Virus record (IMG/VR): IMGVR_UViG_3300050821_003463
Span: 1-64,000 of that record
From: a virus
Direction: 5' to 3' (one strand)
DNA length: 64,000 nucleotides
Shown here: piece after piece, positions 37,228 through 47,422 of the stretch
Position numbering within the stretch: position 1 is the stretch's first letter
Layout of the letters: each line of letters begins with the position of its first letter
The notes under the pieces: generated by a model
Told to the model about the DNA's origin: nothing
What the model saw: only the letters and a program-made list of their open reading frames with translations
The model's database searches: none
Position numbers and translations under genes: made by a program

Positions 37228-38892
37228 TCATGCTTTCCTCGCTAGCCTTTCGCTTATGACTTTGCTCGCTTGTCCGCTGGTCATCAGATCAAACGCAAAT
37301 GCCTTGTGCGGGAATAACCGCTTGAGCATCGCCTTCTGTCCACCGGTGACCGGCTTGCCGTGCCAAGTCGCCTCGCGCAGTATCTTCGTGAGCGTCATCT
37401 TCGTTACGCGCTTGCGGACCTGCTCATCGCTCACCTTGAAGATTTCTTCTATGCTCGGGCGAGTGCCGTGGAACTCATCCTCGTTGATGCGCCCGACCAA
37501 CTCCCACTTACCGAGTGCGTTTTCGAAGACGCGCACAAAGCCAGCGCGCGAGTCTTCCTTCGGGATAAGCATCTTGTAGCCGCCGTCAACAGCGCGGAAC
37601 CACATCAACTCGCTATTTGATTCTACCTCAGCCGGGAAGCGTACCTGGAACAAGTCAACCTGCTCAATAAGCCACTTCGCTTTATCGAGCGATTCTAGTT
37701 TAGAGAAGTCAACGCTCGGATGTTCTTCCTTCAGCGCTTCCAACTCTTCGACGGCTTCCAGAAGACCGCGCCCCTGGAGATCGAGCGACGCCTGCATGCC
37801 CATCAGCGTTGGTAGCGTGAGCAGACTATGCTTGCTCGTGCCGTCAACGACGTCTATGACGATCAAGTCCTGCTTGCCCGCGAATAGTCGCGTGCCGCGT
37901 CCTACCATCTGGGTAAATAGGACACCAGACGTGGTAGGACGAGCAAGTACCACGCACGCAATACCCGGATCATCGTATCCTTCAGTGAGCACATTGCAAT
38001 TAGTAAGAACGTTAAGACTACCCGTACGGAAAGCATCGAGTTTCTCCTGTCTGAGAGGATCATCGCCCCACACCGCTTCGGCGGCAATACCGCGATCCTT
38101 AAACGCCTGCGCCTGATCCTTCGCGTGCTGGATGTCCACCGTGAAGACCAGCGTCCGCCGATCTTCGCCTAGCTTCTTCCAGACGTCTACGATCTGTCGG
38201 TTGCGCTTCTCCTGGTTAACAGCAGCGGAGAGTTCGCTCTTGACGAAGTCCCCATCGCTCTTGCTGACTTCGTCTAGCTTCGTGTCTGTGACGGTGCGAA
38301 ACCCACGGACGGGCACGAGCCACTGCTCTTTGATCGCCTGTCGGATGCTGTAGACGTATGCGACCTTCTCGAAGAGATCACTGAGTGGTGTCCCGTCGGG
38401 TCTGTTGGGAGTAGCGGTAACACCCAGTAGCAACTTGCGAGTATCATCGCGAAGAGAGCCAGCAGCATCAAGGATGCGACGGTAGCCGTCAGTAACGCCA
38501 TGATGAGCTTCATCGATAACGATCTTGTCGATCTTGTCCCAGTTGAATTTGTCAACACGTTTAGTATCCTTCCGACCGAGAGTCTGTACGCTGGTGCTGA
38601 CGACGTCATCAAAAAGAGGGTCGCACTGCGTTCCCGCCATCTCAATCCCGACGCTGAGCGCAGGGTTGACCGCTTGCATCTTATCCGCGTTCTGTTTGAC
38701 CAACTCTTCAGTATGCGCGATCACGAGCATCTGCCCGGGTAGGCGCGACTTCATAGCATCGTACAGCTTCGAGAACACGATAGTCTTGCCCGTGCCGGTC
38801 GCCATCACATGCATCATGCGACGTATGCCCTTATCGTACTCAGAGAGCGTCGCAGCGATAGCTTCAGTTTGATACGGTCGATCTTGCATCAT
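37228..38892 (-). CDS. superfamily 2 DEAH helicase (ResIII/IRC3-like)
   Basis: ATGTGKT, DEAHH, TATP, LTEGYD, QMVGRGTR. Confidence 0.93.
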   Translation of the reverse strand: MMQDRPYQTEAIAATLSEYDKGIRRMMHVMATGTGKTIVFSKLYDAMKSRLPGQMLVIAHTEELVKQNADKMQAVNPALSVGIEMAGTQCDPLFDDVVSTSVQTLGRKDTKRVDKFNWDKIDKIVIDEAHHGVTDGYRRILDAAGSLRDDTRKLLLGVTATPNRPDGTPLSDLFEKVAYVYSIRQAIKEQWLVPVRGFRTVTDTKLDEVSKSDGDFVKSELSAAVNQEKRNRQIVDVWKKLGEDRRTLVFTVDIQHAKDQAQAFKDRGIAAEAVWGDDPLRQEKLDAFRTGSLNVLTNCNVLTEGYDDPGIACVVLARPTTSGVLFTQMVGRGTRLFAGKQDLIVIDVVDGTSKHSLLTLPTLMGMQASLDLQGRGLLEAVEELEALKEEHPSVDFSKLESLDKAKWLIEQVDLFQVRFPAEVESNSELMWFRAVDGGYKMLIPKEDSRAGFVRVFENALGKWELVGRINEDEFHGTRPSIEEIFKVSDEQVRKRVTKMTLTKILREATWHGKPVTGGQKAMLKRLFPHKAFAFDLMTSGQASKVISERLARKA

Positions 38893-39046
38893 TCGTCTCC
38901 TCGTACACCCACCACATCAGAACGGAATCTACACATTGCTCCAGATAAACGCGCCCTGCAGGAGTAGTCTTAAAGCGCATGGGAAAGTCTACGAGGGGGT
39001 CGTCATCAATTGCCGCCGACCAACGAAACTTCTGGATGCGAAGCAT

Positions 39047-39424
39047 TTACGCTTTCTCAAAGAACAGCGTTGGCTCACGATCACCGTCCTGTAACCGAAT
39101 GATGGAGTGCCCTTCGCGCCGCCGATCACTGCCAAGGATAGCCTGCAGCGCGATGCGCTCCAAGGGAGTGATTTTGTTGTAGAGAATTACGACGATATGT
39201 TTCCCTTCAGGCTTCGAGCGAGAGGGCGTTGTAAAGACGTTCTGGATGCCTGCGAACCGGTCTACGATGTCGTAGTTTCGCACGAACTGGTCAAACTCCA
39301 GGCTGTTGTCGATGTCAATAAACAATTCGTTGTCGGCTGGGGTCCTGACGGTGAGCCCTTCCTTCGTCGCCCACTCGCGCGCTTCTGCTGAGGTGTTGCC
39401 GCCCGCTGTGATAAATTCGCTCAT
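39047..39424 (-). CDS. hypothetical protein with AEP (primase-polymerase)-like motifs
   Basis: FIDID and SRSKPEGKH followed by a distal Asp (GSD). Confidence 0.4.
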   Translation of the reverse strand: MSEFITAGGNTSAEAREWATKEGLTVRTPADNELFIDIDNSLEFDQFVRNYDIVDRFAGIQNVFTTPSRSKPEGKHIVVILYNKITPLERIALQAILGSDRRREGHSIIRLQDGDREPTLFFEKA

Positions 39425-39690
39425 GGTTTCCATCCCTCCAGGTGCCAGAATTTTACTTCCAGATCGCGAGCCGTGGTCCGGAGAACCTCGATTCGCAACT
39501 TCCCGCCGTGAACTCCATCGATATGACAGTGCCTGCAAAGCGTCAGGAGATTTGACATCTCATCAGAGCCGCCCGCGCTCCGGTAGATCACATGGTGCGG
39601 ATCGAGCGTCTGTCGGTTCCCGCAGTGTCGGCACTTCCAGCTATCCCGCTGATACACCGCGTTGCTGATCGCTCTTGGCAGGCTCGGCAT
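39421..39690 (-). CDS. small HNH endonuclease
   Basis: RDSWKCRHCG, HHVIYRSAGGSDEMSNLLTLCRHCH. Confidence 0.85.
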   Translation of the reverse strand: MPSLPRAISNAVYQRDSWKCRHCGNRQTLDPHHVIYRSAGGSDEMSNLLTLCRHCHIDGVHGGKLRIEVLRTTARDLEVKFWHLEGWKP

Positions 39691-40693
39691 AATACTCCCA
39701 TATCCCGTTTGCGTAGTCAACGATAATCGTATCGCTCGGCAAGACTTGCCCAGTCGCAACGAGTCTGCCCAGGGGTGTTGCGACGTGCTGGTCAATCGTC
39801 CGTTTCAGGTTACGGGCGTTATATCTCCGGTCGTACCCTTCCTTCAAGATTTGCCGCAAGCCCGAAGGGGAGACTTGAAACTCAAACTGTACGGGTGAGT
39901 GCGATGCGATCCGGTCCCACAGTTTCTCCAGCTCCAGGCTAAGGATCGAGTCGAGGTCGCTCGGCGTCAAAGTCTTGAACATGATGACCTTGTCGAGCCG
40001 GTTCAAGAACTCAGGCTTGAACTTGCTGCGTGCCGCAGCCATAGCGATCTCTTTCATCTGTGATTCGCTACGTTCCTTGGTGCTGCCAGTAAAACCAATT
40101 GCACTTTCATCGGCTAACTCAGCGGAGCCGACGTTGCTGGTCATGATGATGACGGTAGAGGTCAAGTCGACGACCTCGTTCGCGCCCGTAGTCAGGGTAC
40201 CCTTATCGAGAATGCCCAGCAAGAGATTCCACAGAGAGTCGCTCGCCTTCTCGATCTCATCGAACATGATAATCGTGAAGGGCATTAGCTCGCTGTGGGC
40301 AGTCCCTGAGCGTGCCGCGAGGACGCTTGCGTTCGTGAAGAACGGGTGCGTCTCACGGTGTCCCAGGTAGCCTGGGGGAGAGCCGACCAACTTTGCGATC
40401 TCGTGGCTGTGTTGGAACTCCGCACAGTCCACCTTCAACATCTTCTTCGGGTCGCCAAATAGACCTTCAGCAAAAGCTTCCCCGACACCGGTCTTGCCGA
40501 CTCCGGTAGGTCCGAGAAACAGCAGACTCGCTATCGGCTTCGTCCGGTCGTAAAATCCGCTCTGGAACTTCTCCAGAACGGAGGAGAGGGCTGTGGTCGC
40601 TTCAGTCTGTCCCACTATACGGAGAGAGAACCGCGACGCGAGTGCCTGTGCCTTGTAGCTCTGTCGATTCAGGTCTAGCTGTCGAACTGTCAT
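39641..40693 (-). CDS. stand-alone ClpA/ClpB D2-type AAA+ ATPase
   Basis: IVGQ, FLGPTGVGKT, GSPPGY, FDEIEKA, IMTSNVG, PEFLNRLD, YNARNLKR; no N or D1 domain. Confidence 0.9.
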   Translation of the reverse strand: MTVRQLDLNRQSYKAQALASRFSLRIVGQTEATTALSSVLEKFQSGFYDRTKPIASLLFLGPTGVGKTGVGEAFAEGLFGDPKKMLKVDCAEFQHSHEIAKLVGSPPGYLGHRETHPFFTNASVLAARSGTAHSELMPFTIIMFDEIEKASDSLWNLLLGILDKGTLTTGANEVVDLTSTVIIMTSNVGSAELADESAIGFTGSTKERSESQMKEIAMAAARSKFKPEFLNRLDKVIMFKTLTPSDLDSILSLELEKLWDRIASHSPVQFEFQVSPSGLRQILKEGYDRRYNARNLKRTIDQHVATPLGRLVATGQVLPSDTIIVDYANGIWEYYAEPAKSDQQRGVSAG

Positions 40694-40703
40694 GCAACGC
40701 ACC

Positions 40704-41459
40704 TCACTGGTCTTGAAGTTTTTGTTCGAGTTCTGCGATCTGTTGGTTGATGTCTTCAATCGGGTCGTCGTCGACGTCCGAAAGGTCAGGAGCGCCCATC
40801 TCTGCGGGTTCCGTGGGGTTGAAGTTCTCATCCGCCAGGAAGTTCGCACAGATCATCTCCAGCGCTGCGCCGTCGCTCGGATCGACGAAGTTTCCGTCAT
40901 CATCCTTCGTCTGGGACTCAGGCATGTGCTTCTTCGCCAGAGCCAGAGCGGGCTTAACGCAGTTCTCACGCGCGAGTTTCTTCAGGTGGATGTTGAGCCA
41001 CACCATTGATTCGTCTTCAGTAAGCCCAAGGATCGTTTCGACCTCAAACGTTACCTCTTCCAGGGACATACCGCTAGCTTTCTCGGTGAGTTCCTTGATG
41101 ATGAGCGGCATTGGAACGCCTTTAAACTCACCCTCTAAATTCAGCCGAGAGATCACACGCAGCTTGCCCATCCCAACGGGCTCATACACATCGCGCCCCA
41201 GACCGACGCCCTTCATAAGTTCGATGACCTTGACGTAGTAGTAGGCACGGCTGTACTTAATGCTCAAACTCTTTGCGAACTTTGAGAAAGACTCGAAGTC
41301 AGGTGAGTAGTAGTGATTCGACTTCGCCTCGTGCAGCAAGTCAGCGATGTCAAATTCACTGCTGTTAAGACCTTTGATCAGCTTGTTGATATCCCTGCGC
41401 ACCTTCGCGGCGCGCCCAGCTTCGATCTCTCCAACTACAGCAGGAATGTTTGGTTCCAT
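40704..41459 (-). CDS. hypothetical protein, possibly DNA-binding
   Basis: GGAGG RBS; HTH-like FSKFAKSLSIKYSRAYYY; acidic tail. Confidence 0.6.
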   Translation of the reverse strand: MEPNIPAVVGEIEAGRAAKVRRDINKLIKGLNSSEFDIADLLHEAKSNHYYSPDFESFSKFAKSLSIKYSRAYYYVKVIELMKGVGLGRDVYEPVGMGKLRVISRLNLEGEFKGVPMPLIIKELTEKASGMSLEEVTFEVETILGLTEDESMVWLNIHLKKLARENCVKPALALAKKHMPESQTKDDDGNFVDPSDGAALEMICANFLADENFNPTEPAEMGAPDLSDVDDDPIEDINQQIAELEQKLQDQ

Positions 41460-41632
41460 TTACTTCCTCCCAAAGATGCGATTCAGATGACTCTCCTATT
41501 TCTTTGCTGGTTTTAGTCCGACATTCTCCATGCTGCATTCGAGAAACAAGTCAATGATCTTGACGTATGCAGCCGTAACATCACCCAACGCTTTGCGTAG
41601 CCGTCGATTTTCCTTAGCTAGGTCTTTCATTT

Positions 41633-41779
41633 TCACCCTTTCAGATGCACTATCATGAATGCGATGACGTTGATGATCGAGAACAAGAACACGCCAGCGG
41701 CAACGCTGTGCAACGCGAACCCCAGAGAGATCGACGCAGCAAGCAGCCACGCCAGAGCCGATACCTGTGTGTTCGACAT
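41633..41779 (-). CDS. 48-aa two-TM membrane protein
   Basis: MSNTQVSALAWLLAASISLGFALHSVAAGVFLFSIINVIAFMIV; TAATG overlap with the groES stop. Confidence 0.5.
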   Translation of the reverse strand: MSNTQVSALAWLLAASISLGFALHSVAAGVFLFSIINVIAFMIVHLKG

Positions 41780-42264
41780 TACGCCCGCCCAACGTAGCTA
41801 ACGAACCGGCTGGGGTCTGATAGCGGGTCATCTGCAGGACGTTCGTTCTCGACCGTGCCCTTGATATCTTCTTCGATAATGAGAAGAAGGATTTCACCGT
41901 TCAGCTTGAACTCGGTCCCGCTGTACTTTCCAAATACTACACGGTCGCCCGGGTTCACGTCAACAACTTTCGGTCCAATGGCGATCACGGTTCCTTCGGC
42001 GGGCTTCTCTTTCTCCATGTTCTCGGTGATCACGATGTTGGACAACTCTTCAAGGGTGACGCGACGCACGAGGATTGTCGTTCCACGCGGACGGAAGGTT
42101 TGTTTAACGACGGGGGCGTGCTCAACGACGATGTCCGTCTCGTCGCGGGTCCCTTCGGGTGCGACGTTGCGGAAGATATCAGTATTTGCGTCGGGCACTT
42201 CGGTACCGCCCACTGCGAACTTAGCGCTGCGCGCGCCTGCTGCGAGATAATCTTTACGTGACAT
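41779..42264 (-). CDS. groES: co-chaperonin GroES with terminal extensions
   Basis: RPRGTTILVRR, KEKPAEGTVIAIGP, VNPGDRVVFGKYSGTEFKLNGE, EEDI. Confidence 0.88.
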   Translation of the reverse strand: MSRKDYLAAGARSAKFAVGGTEVPDANTDIFRNVAPEGTRDETDIVVEHAPVVKQTFRPRGTTILVRRVTLEELSNIVITENMEKEKPAEGTVIAIGPKVVDVNPGDRVVFGKYSGTEFKLNGEILLLIIEEDIKGTVENERPADDPLSDPSRFVSYVGRA

Positions 42265-42464
42265 GATCCCTCCCTAAATTCCTAACCAGTCTTTTCGAAA
42301 CTCAATCCCGGCTCGATTCGCCACCTCTACGATGCGGTCCCCCAGCTTCGGATCGATGCACGTCTCGGATGACATGCCCAGGGGCTCTTGACCAGAAGCA
42401 GCCAAGAAGTGCTCCATGAACACTCGCCCGTAATACGCCTTTGCGGAATCAAACATGCGCCCTC

Positions 42465-42788
42465 CTAAAAAATGAGATTCTGCGGGATGTCGGCTGGTTC
42501 GTCCACGAAGATGAAGTCGAGCCGCCCACCGTTATCCGCACCAAACGTGTTGATCTGGATATTCTTACCCAGGCGCTTCGCAGTGCCGACGATAGCCAAC
42601 AGTTCGGGCGCTGAGATGGTGCTCGGTTTCAACTTGCCGTCGACCTTCTCATACCCAACGACTGAGAAAAACGACTGGGTTGCGGGGTTGCGCAGGGTGC
42701 GAATATACTGCAGCGCTGCGGTCTTATACGCCTCGAACTTCTGCTTCGCGCTGATGCGCGTGACTGTCTCTTTGACTTGCTTCGCCAT
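42465..42788 (-). CDS. hypothetical protein
   Basis: GGAGG RBS. Confidence 0.65.
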   Translation of the reverse strand: MAKQVKETVTRISAKQKFEAYKTAALQYIRTLRNPATQSFFSVVGYEKVDGKLKPSTISAPELLAIVGTAKRLGKNIQINTFGADNGGRLDFIFVDEPADIPQNLIF

Positions 42789-42797
42789 GACTTCCTC

Positions 42798-43964
42798 CTA
42801 TGTGTGCGCGTCGACCATCGGGTTCTTTCCCGAGGTCATCTGCTTGACCATCTTCCAGATGATAGCACGTTCGTCCTTGCCGTCCAACCTCGCGAACAGA
42901 ATACCTGAATACTTTACAAACTCTGGTCGCTTTATGATCAGCGCCCAGTCCTTGCGAACCGGAATGTTGCCCGATTCTTTCCACTGCTGATTGAGCACTC
43001 CTTGGATTACGCTGTAAGAGGCAGCGGCTCCGTGCTCGATCTCTTTGTACTCGGCGGTCAGCGCACGCATCCACTTCTGTACGAATGCGCTGAACCACGG
43101 AGTGCTTTGCTTGAGATATTCGTCCAACTCTGATGACTGATTGGTCGCCAGAACTTCCCAGATTCGTTTGGGTGACACGCCTGTGACCATGCGGTGCAGT
43201 CTCAGGTATTCGATGAACTTCAGTTTCAAGCGGAAGGGCGGTTTGCCCTTCTGATACCATGTGGTGACATATCCCTCTTCGTCGAGCCCGCAGTAGATCA
43301 TCGTCTCGTCGTGAACTGTCTTCAGAGTGGCGTTCTTCAGCTTTGGAGTCGCCAGCCCCCGCGAGTCTGCGAACGCGATCAGAGCCCCCGGTGAATACTC
43401 TTCGCCCGTCTCGTTATTGATCAGAGCTAGCAGGACCAGTTCCTTGCGCTCTTTGTAGTCTACGACGATACGTAGGTCGGGGTGTAGCCCTTCGAACACT
43501 GCAGTATAGCCAGGGAGCACTCCCAGAGATTCACCAAAACTCTTACGCAGCCATGCGGTCGCCCACTTCGCGTGAACGGAGTGAAACGAACCCTTGGACG
43601 CGAGGTAGTCAACTCCGTCCCAGGTGTATAACGTACACATGAACCCATCCATCTTCTCCCACACAACGGGAGCCTGGAACGCCTCAGTACCGAGAACCCC
43701 CAGAACGTCTGTCGCCATCGGGTTCCCGTAGTTGTGGAACTTCTCGAACGGGCGCGAGACGATGTCGCCGGTCAACCAGTTAATAACAATGCCACGGCAC
43801 TTGCTCGTGACCCCGTCCCACCTCTGCTCTTGCACAGTCTTGCGCGAGTAGGCGAAGATCGAAAGCGGGAACTCGCTATGGTTCTGCTGCGATACGTACC
43901 CCGTCTCGATATACTTCTCGCTGAACTCTGCGGGAGACATGCCGATATAGGTGAAGAAGTTCAT
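42798..43964 (-). CDS. T4 Rnl1-like RNA ligase
   Basis: KCRG, RPFEKFHNY, EKMDG (motif I), FE, EEGYV, LKLK..EYLRLH. Confidence 0.88.
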   Translation of the reverse strand: MNFFTYIGMSPAEFSEKYIETGYVSQQNHSEFPLSIFAYSRKTVQEQRWDGVTSKCRGIVINWLTGDIVSRPFEKFHNYGNPMATDVLGVLGTEAFQAPVVWEKMDGFMCTLYTWDGVDYLASKGSFHSVHAKWATAWLRKSFGESLGVLPGYTAVFEGLHPDLRIVVDYKERKELVLLALINNETGEEYSPGALIAFADSRGLATPKLKNATLKTVHDETMIYCGLDEEGYVTTWYQKGKPPFRLKLKFIEYLRLHRMVTGVSPKRIWEVLATNQSSELDEYLKQSTPWFSAFVQKWMRALTAEYKEIEHGAAASYSVIQGVLNQQWKESGNIPVRKDWALIIKRPEFVKYSGILFARLDGKDERAIIWKMVKQMTSGKNPMVDAHT

Positions 43965-44187
43965 TTTCCATCCGTGAGCAGCACTGGCGTAGGCTGGGAC
44001 TCGATGTGCGCGAGTACGTTAGCCGCCAGCAGAAAGTTGATCTTGTTCGCAGCCGCATGCTCCATCGCGTTGCCGGGGCGGTTGCGCCGACTGAGTCCTT
44101 GCTGTGGGTAAGTCTTGCCACCAAGCCACGAAAGCCTGGGGACGTCGTGCCCAAATGGTTGCGCCATGTGTGATCTCCTCTATGTAC

Positions 44188-44217
44188 AGAATAGACGATT
44201 CAGTTGATGCTTGTCAA
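44188..44217 (-). promoter_or_regulatory. sigma70-type promoter
   Basis: TTGACA-18 nt-TATTCT on the minus strand, followed by a GAGGAG RBS. Confidence 0.6.
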
Positions 44218-45287
44218 GGTTTTTCCGGATGAACCTCGAAATATTTTTTCAGGCACGACAGACAGCCCGTGCCCGTGGGTCCGCACTTCGGAACCCTTAT
44301 CCCCTTGTACTTTTTCGAGCCCTCACACGCTAGCGCCAAGCGCTCGGCGCGCGCCGCCTCTGCCGCTGCCTTGCGCACCTCCCGCCGCGCGTCCCGTATG
44401 ACCCCGATGCGCCCGTCTATCGCCTTGAGCGACCGTGTCAACGCTAGCGCCTGCAGAAAGGCGTCGAAGTCCTGGGTGAACGCCTCGCGCCCCTCCGCGT
44501 GCCAGGGGTCGAAGTCGCCCGTCTCTTTGTCCAGTCGGAGGACCCAGCGATCCTCAACCTGCTCGCCCGTCTCGCACTCGTACGCTGCCTGATACGCAGC
44601 CACCTGCATGAGATAAGTCACGTACAGGTAGTTGCTCGTCTTCCAGTCGGAGATGGTCAGCCGATCCTTAAACTCACTGGGACAGCAGAGTCGATCACTG
44701 CATGAGTCGACGATACATAGACCGTCCATCGTGCCCGCATAAAGGTGCTCCCGGTGAAAGACCTTCCGCTCGGTACTGCGCCACCGGACGTTGTGCGCGA
44801 CCATCCACTCCACGGCTCCAATACAGCAGGAAGCGGCGCGCTCGTCCGTAGGTAGCTTCGCAAGTACTTCCAGTTCTCGATTGCGATTGTCCGAGAGGTT
44901 GCTCTTGATGAGTTCTTCGATCCACGAGTGCGCGTCATGCCCCGTCTCCCCCGCAGATTCGAGTTCCTCCCGATCTGCCTTCTTTGCCTCTGCGATGATT
45001 GCGTCTAGCTCAGCCTCGAACACCTGGATGCAGTCATCCGGTCCCAGGTGCCCCTCGACCAGCAGACGGCGCAACTTCTCCATTGCCTTTCGAACTGCCC
45101 ACGGCATCAGCGCTGCTGACTTGTCGATGATCTTGACAACGCCAGTGACGCCCGCGAGTTCCTGAAGCTTGCCTTCGACTTCGCGCACCCACAGCCACTT
45201 GCTCGGACTAAAGCGCAGCCGTTCCGTGTCGCCGTAGAAGAAGTGAATCGCGCTTAGGTCATTGTACTTCTTGATGATCAGACTCAC
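44214..45287 (-). CDS. PD-(D/E)XK (RecB/Cas4-like) exonuclease
   Basis: G..AH, ERKV, YAGTMD, DWKTS, QVAAY. Confidence 0.85.
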   Translation of the reverse strand: MSLIIKKYNDLSAIHFFYGDTERLRFSPSKWLWVREVEGKLQELAGVTGVVKIIDKSAALMPWAVRKAMEKLRRLLVEGHLGPDDCIQVFEAELDAIIAEAKKADREELESAGETGHDAHSWIEELIKSNLSDNRNRELEVLAKLPTDERAASCCIGAVEWMVAHNVRWRSTERKVFHREHLYAGTMDGLCIVDSCSDRLCCPSEFKDRLTISDWKTSNYLYVTYLMQVAAYQAAYECETGEQVEDRWVLRLDKETGDFDPWHAEGREAFTQDFDAFLQALALTRSLKAIDGRIGVIRDARREVRKAAAEAARAERLALACEGSKKYKGIRVPKCGPTGTGCLSCLKKYFEVHPEKP

Positions 45288-46588
45288 GCGATCCTCCGGA
45301 TGTTTCGTGCTGCGACCCAGAGCCTGCCTGTCAGAGCGTGGAGGATTCGCACCTCGCCGTATCTAGGCTCGTCCGCTGCTGGCAGCGTTTCAATCTTGCC
45401 GTACCGCCAGCCGTCGTGAAAGTACTGAACGGCTTCCCCCTCAGTGAGCAGGTCCGCTGCCGCCTCATTCTGCTTCTGGTACCCGTCGATGATATCTCGC
45501 CCGACCACCGCGTCAGTCTGTGCTACAGGTTCCGCCTTCGTGCGCCGAGTCATTCGACCCATGATTCACCTGATCTCTCTATACGTCGGTTTTGCGATTG
45601 CCTTGTGACACGCTATGCGCCCTTCATTCTCGTAGCAGAGCCACCCATCAGCGAAGGCACCGATGACTACGACGTGATCCCTCACAATGAGCGTCATGCC
45701 CTGGTCACCTTTGACGTGCGTGTGGACGTGAAACGCTAACAGCATATTCAAAACTGCGAGCGCTGCTCTGCATGTCATCTGTTTTTCCCCTAGTTGGTGA
45801 ACTCGATGTTGCGCTGGATATCAGCGAAGATGCGCGCCCGGGCAGAGGCTTCGTCCACGGTGATGTAGAAGACGCCGCGCAGACCGTTAGACTCTTCGCG
45901 CGTGGCGATATCATCACTGTGAACGTGGTCGAGTAGAGATTTCACGGGCGGGCTAACTCGCGGAACGTACACGAACGGCTCCGTCACCGGCATGCGAAAT
46001 CCTGTATCTTCCGCAGGTGTGTTGTCTTGCGCGAGGAGTCTCATCGAAGGTCCCCGTTATTGCGGCGCAACAGGTCCGCGAAGGATTTACTGGCTTGGTC
46101 GTACCCGATGTCCCACAGCTTGCGCTCGCCTTCAGTCTTGCGCGGGTTATTGCGCTTCTCGATTCCCATCTTGTATCCGAGTGCGCCCAGTGCGATGATT
46201 TCCTCGCGATTGGTGAACTTGATTCCAGCGACAGCTTCTTTCAGACCCTTCATTGTGCGACCTCCGGTAAATTCTTGTAGCCGATCAACTTTGCAACCGC
46301 GAGTATGACCGCAGCGTCAGCCGTGCCCTGAAGGAACGAACCGATGTTGTAGCGATTCTTACTCGCCCACTGTGCTAGGGCTTGATCCGCCTGGGTGCCG
46401 AAGATATATCCCTTCCCTGACTTTGGCAACTTCCTAGCGTAGCGGTCAAGAGCTGTCTTTTGCCAGCCAGCCGCTCCGACAGGGAGAACTAGCCAGCTAC
46501 GCGACGTCTCTCCCACAACTTCGTATCCTGCGTAGGTCACTTGGTACTCGTTTCGGACGTAGATGACCTCGCCCACTTTTGGTTTCAT
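45284..46588 (-). other. run of five small hypothetical ORFs (45284-45562, 45566-45778, 45790-46044, 46041-46253, 46250-46588)
   Basis: Tightly packed ORFs with RBSs and stop/start overlaps. Confidence 0.6.
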
Positions 46589-46597
46589 TCAATCCTC

Positions 46598-47422
46598 CTA
46601 GTTGTCGTTACACACTGCGTAATAGTGTTCTTCGTACATCTCCACCAGCAACTTGTCGACCTTAGCATAGTCGGGCTTCGACTGCAAGGGAGAACTTTTA
46701 TGCGCCTCTTCGAGCACCTTCAGACGCGCGCTCACGACGGAGCAAACCGTATCGAGTGACCACTTGCCCTGTCGAACTTCAAGCAACAGAGGCTTGTCGG
46801 GTCGAGGGTAGGTGATAGTGCCGGTCTGCAGTAGCTCAAAGCCTTCACTGCACAATCGGATCGCGTGCATCGCCGCCTTGGTGTCATACCCGTGCGTCTC
46901 CGTGAGTTCAGGGCGCTGTCCGTGCCTGCCCAGCCCCTTCTCTCCCAGGAGCCGCTTCATCTGCCCAGTTACGAAACCAGTGAAGTGCCCCGCCGCCGAC
47001 TTCGCGACGATAGCGCCGCGCAGCTCACTCGCGTACGAGCCCCAGAGGGAGATATCCTGCATATCCCAGTTAAGCGCTAGCGCGTTCTCTGCGAAGAGAA
47101 AACTTAACGCAGTCGGGTTCCCCTGACACGCAAGCCGCGCCCACCGACGCAGAGTGTACAATGTAATATCTGTATCCTCCGCGTTGTTGCGCCTGCTCAT
47201 GTCACTAGTGCTCGTGACGCAGTGCTCGAACGGATGGAGCCCGAAGACGTGTTCCTTCGGCTCGATGAAGATGCCGTAGATATCTAGATCAGACTTCTCG
47301 GTCAGCCGCGCGCCGTGCAACGCAGAGCCGCCCTCGAAGAGATGGAGCACATCTCTCGCCTCGCACGTTTGGCTAAACGCTGACTCGGTCACTGCATGCA
47401 GTAGCTGTTCTTTAGTTGCCAT
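46598..47422 (-). CDS. RlaP-like DNA polymerase beta-superfamily nucleotidyltransferase
   Basis: GGSALHG..SDLDIYGIF, GNP, GYDTKAAMHAIRL, VRQG. Confidence 0.85.
   Translation of the reverse strand: MATKEQLLHAVTESAFSQTCEARDVLHLFEGGSALHGARLTEKSDLDIYGIFIEPKEHVFGLHPFEHCVTSTSDMSRRNNAEDTDITLYTLRRWARLACQGNPTALSFLFAENALALNWDMQDISLWGSYASELRGAIVAKSAAGHFTGFVTGQMKRLLGEKGLGRHGQRPELTETHGYDTKAAMHAIRLCSEGFELLQTGTITYPRPDKPLLLEVRQGKWSLDTVCSVVSARLKVLEEAHKSSPLQSKPDYAKVDKLLVEMYEEHYYAVCNDN

Noticed and set aside
44214-45287. Cas4 as part of a CRISPR-Cas locus
   Set aside because: No other cas genes; fits a phage recombination exonuclease
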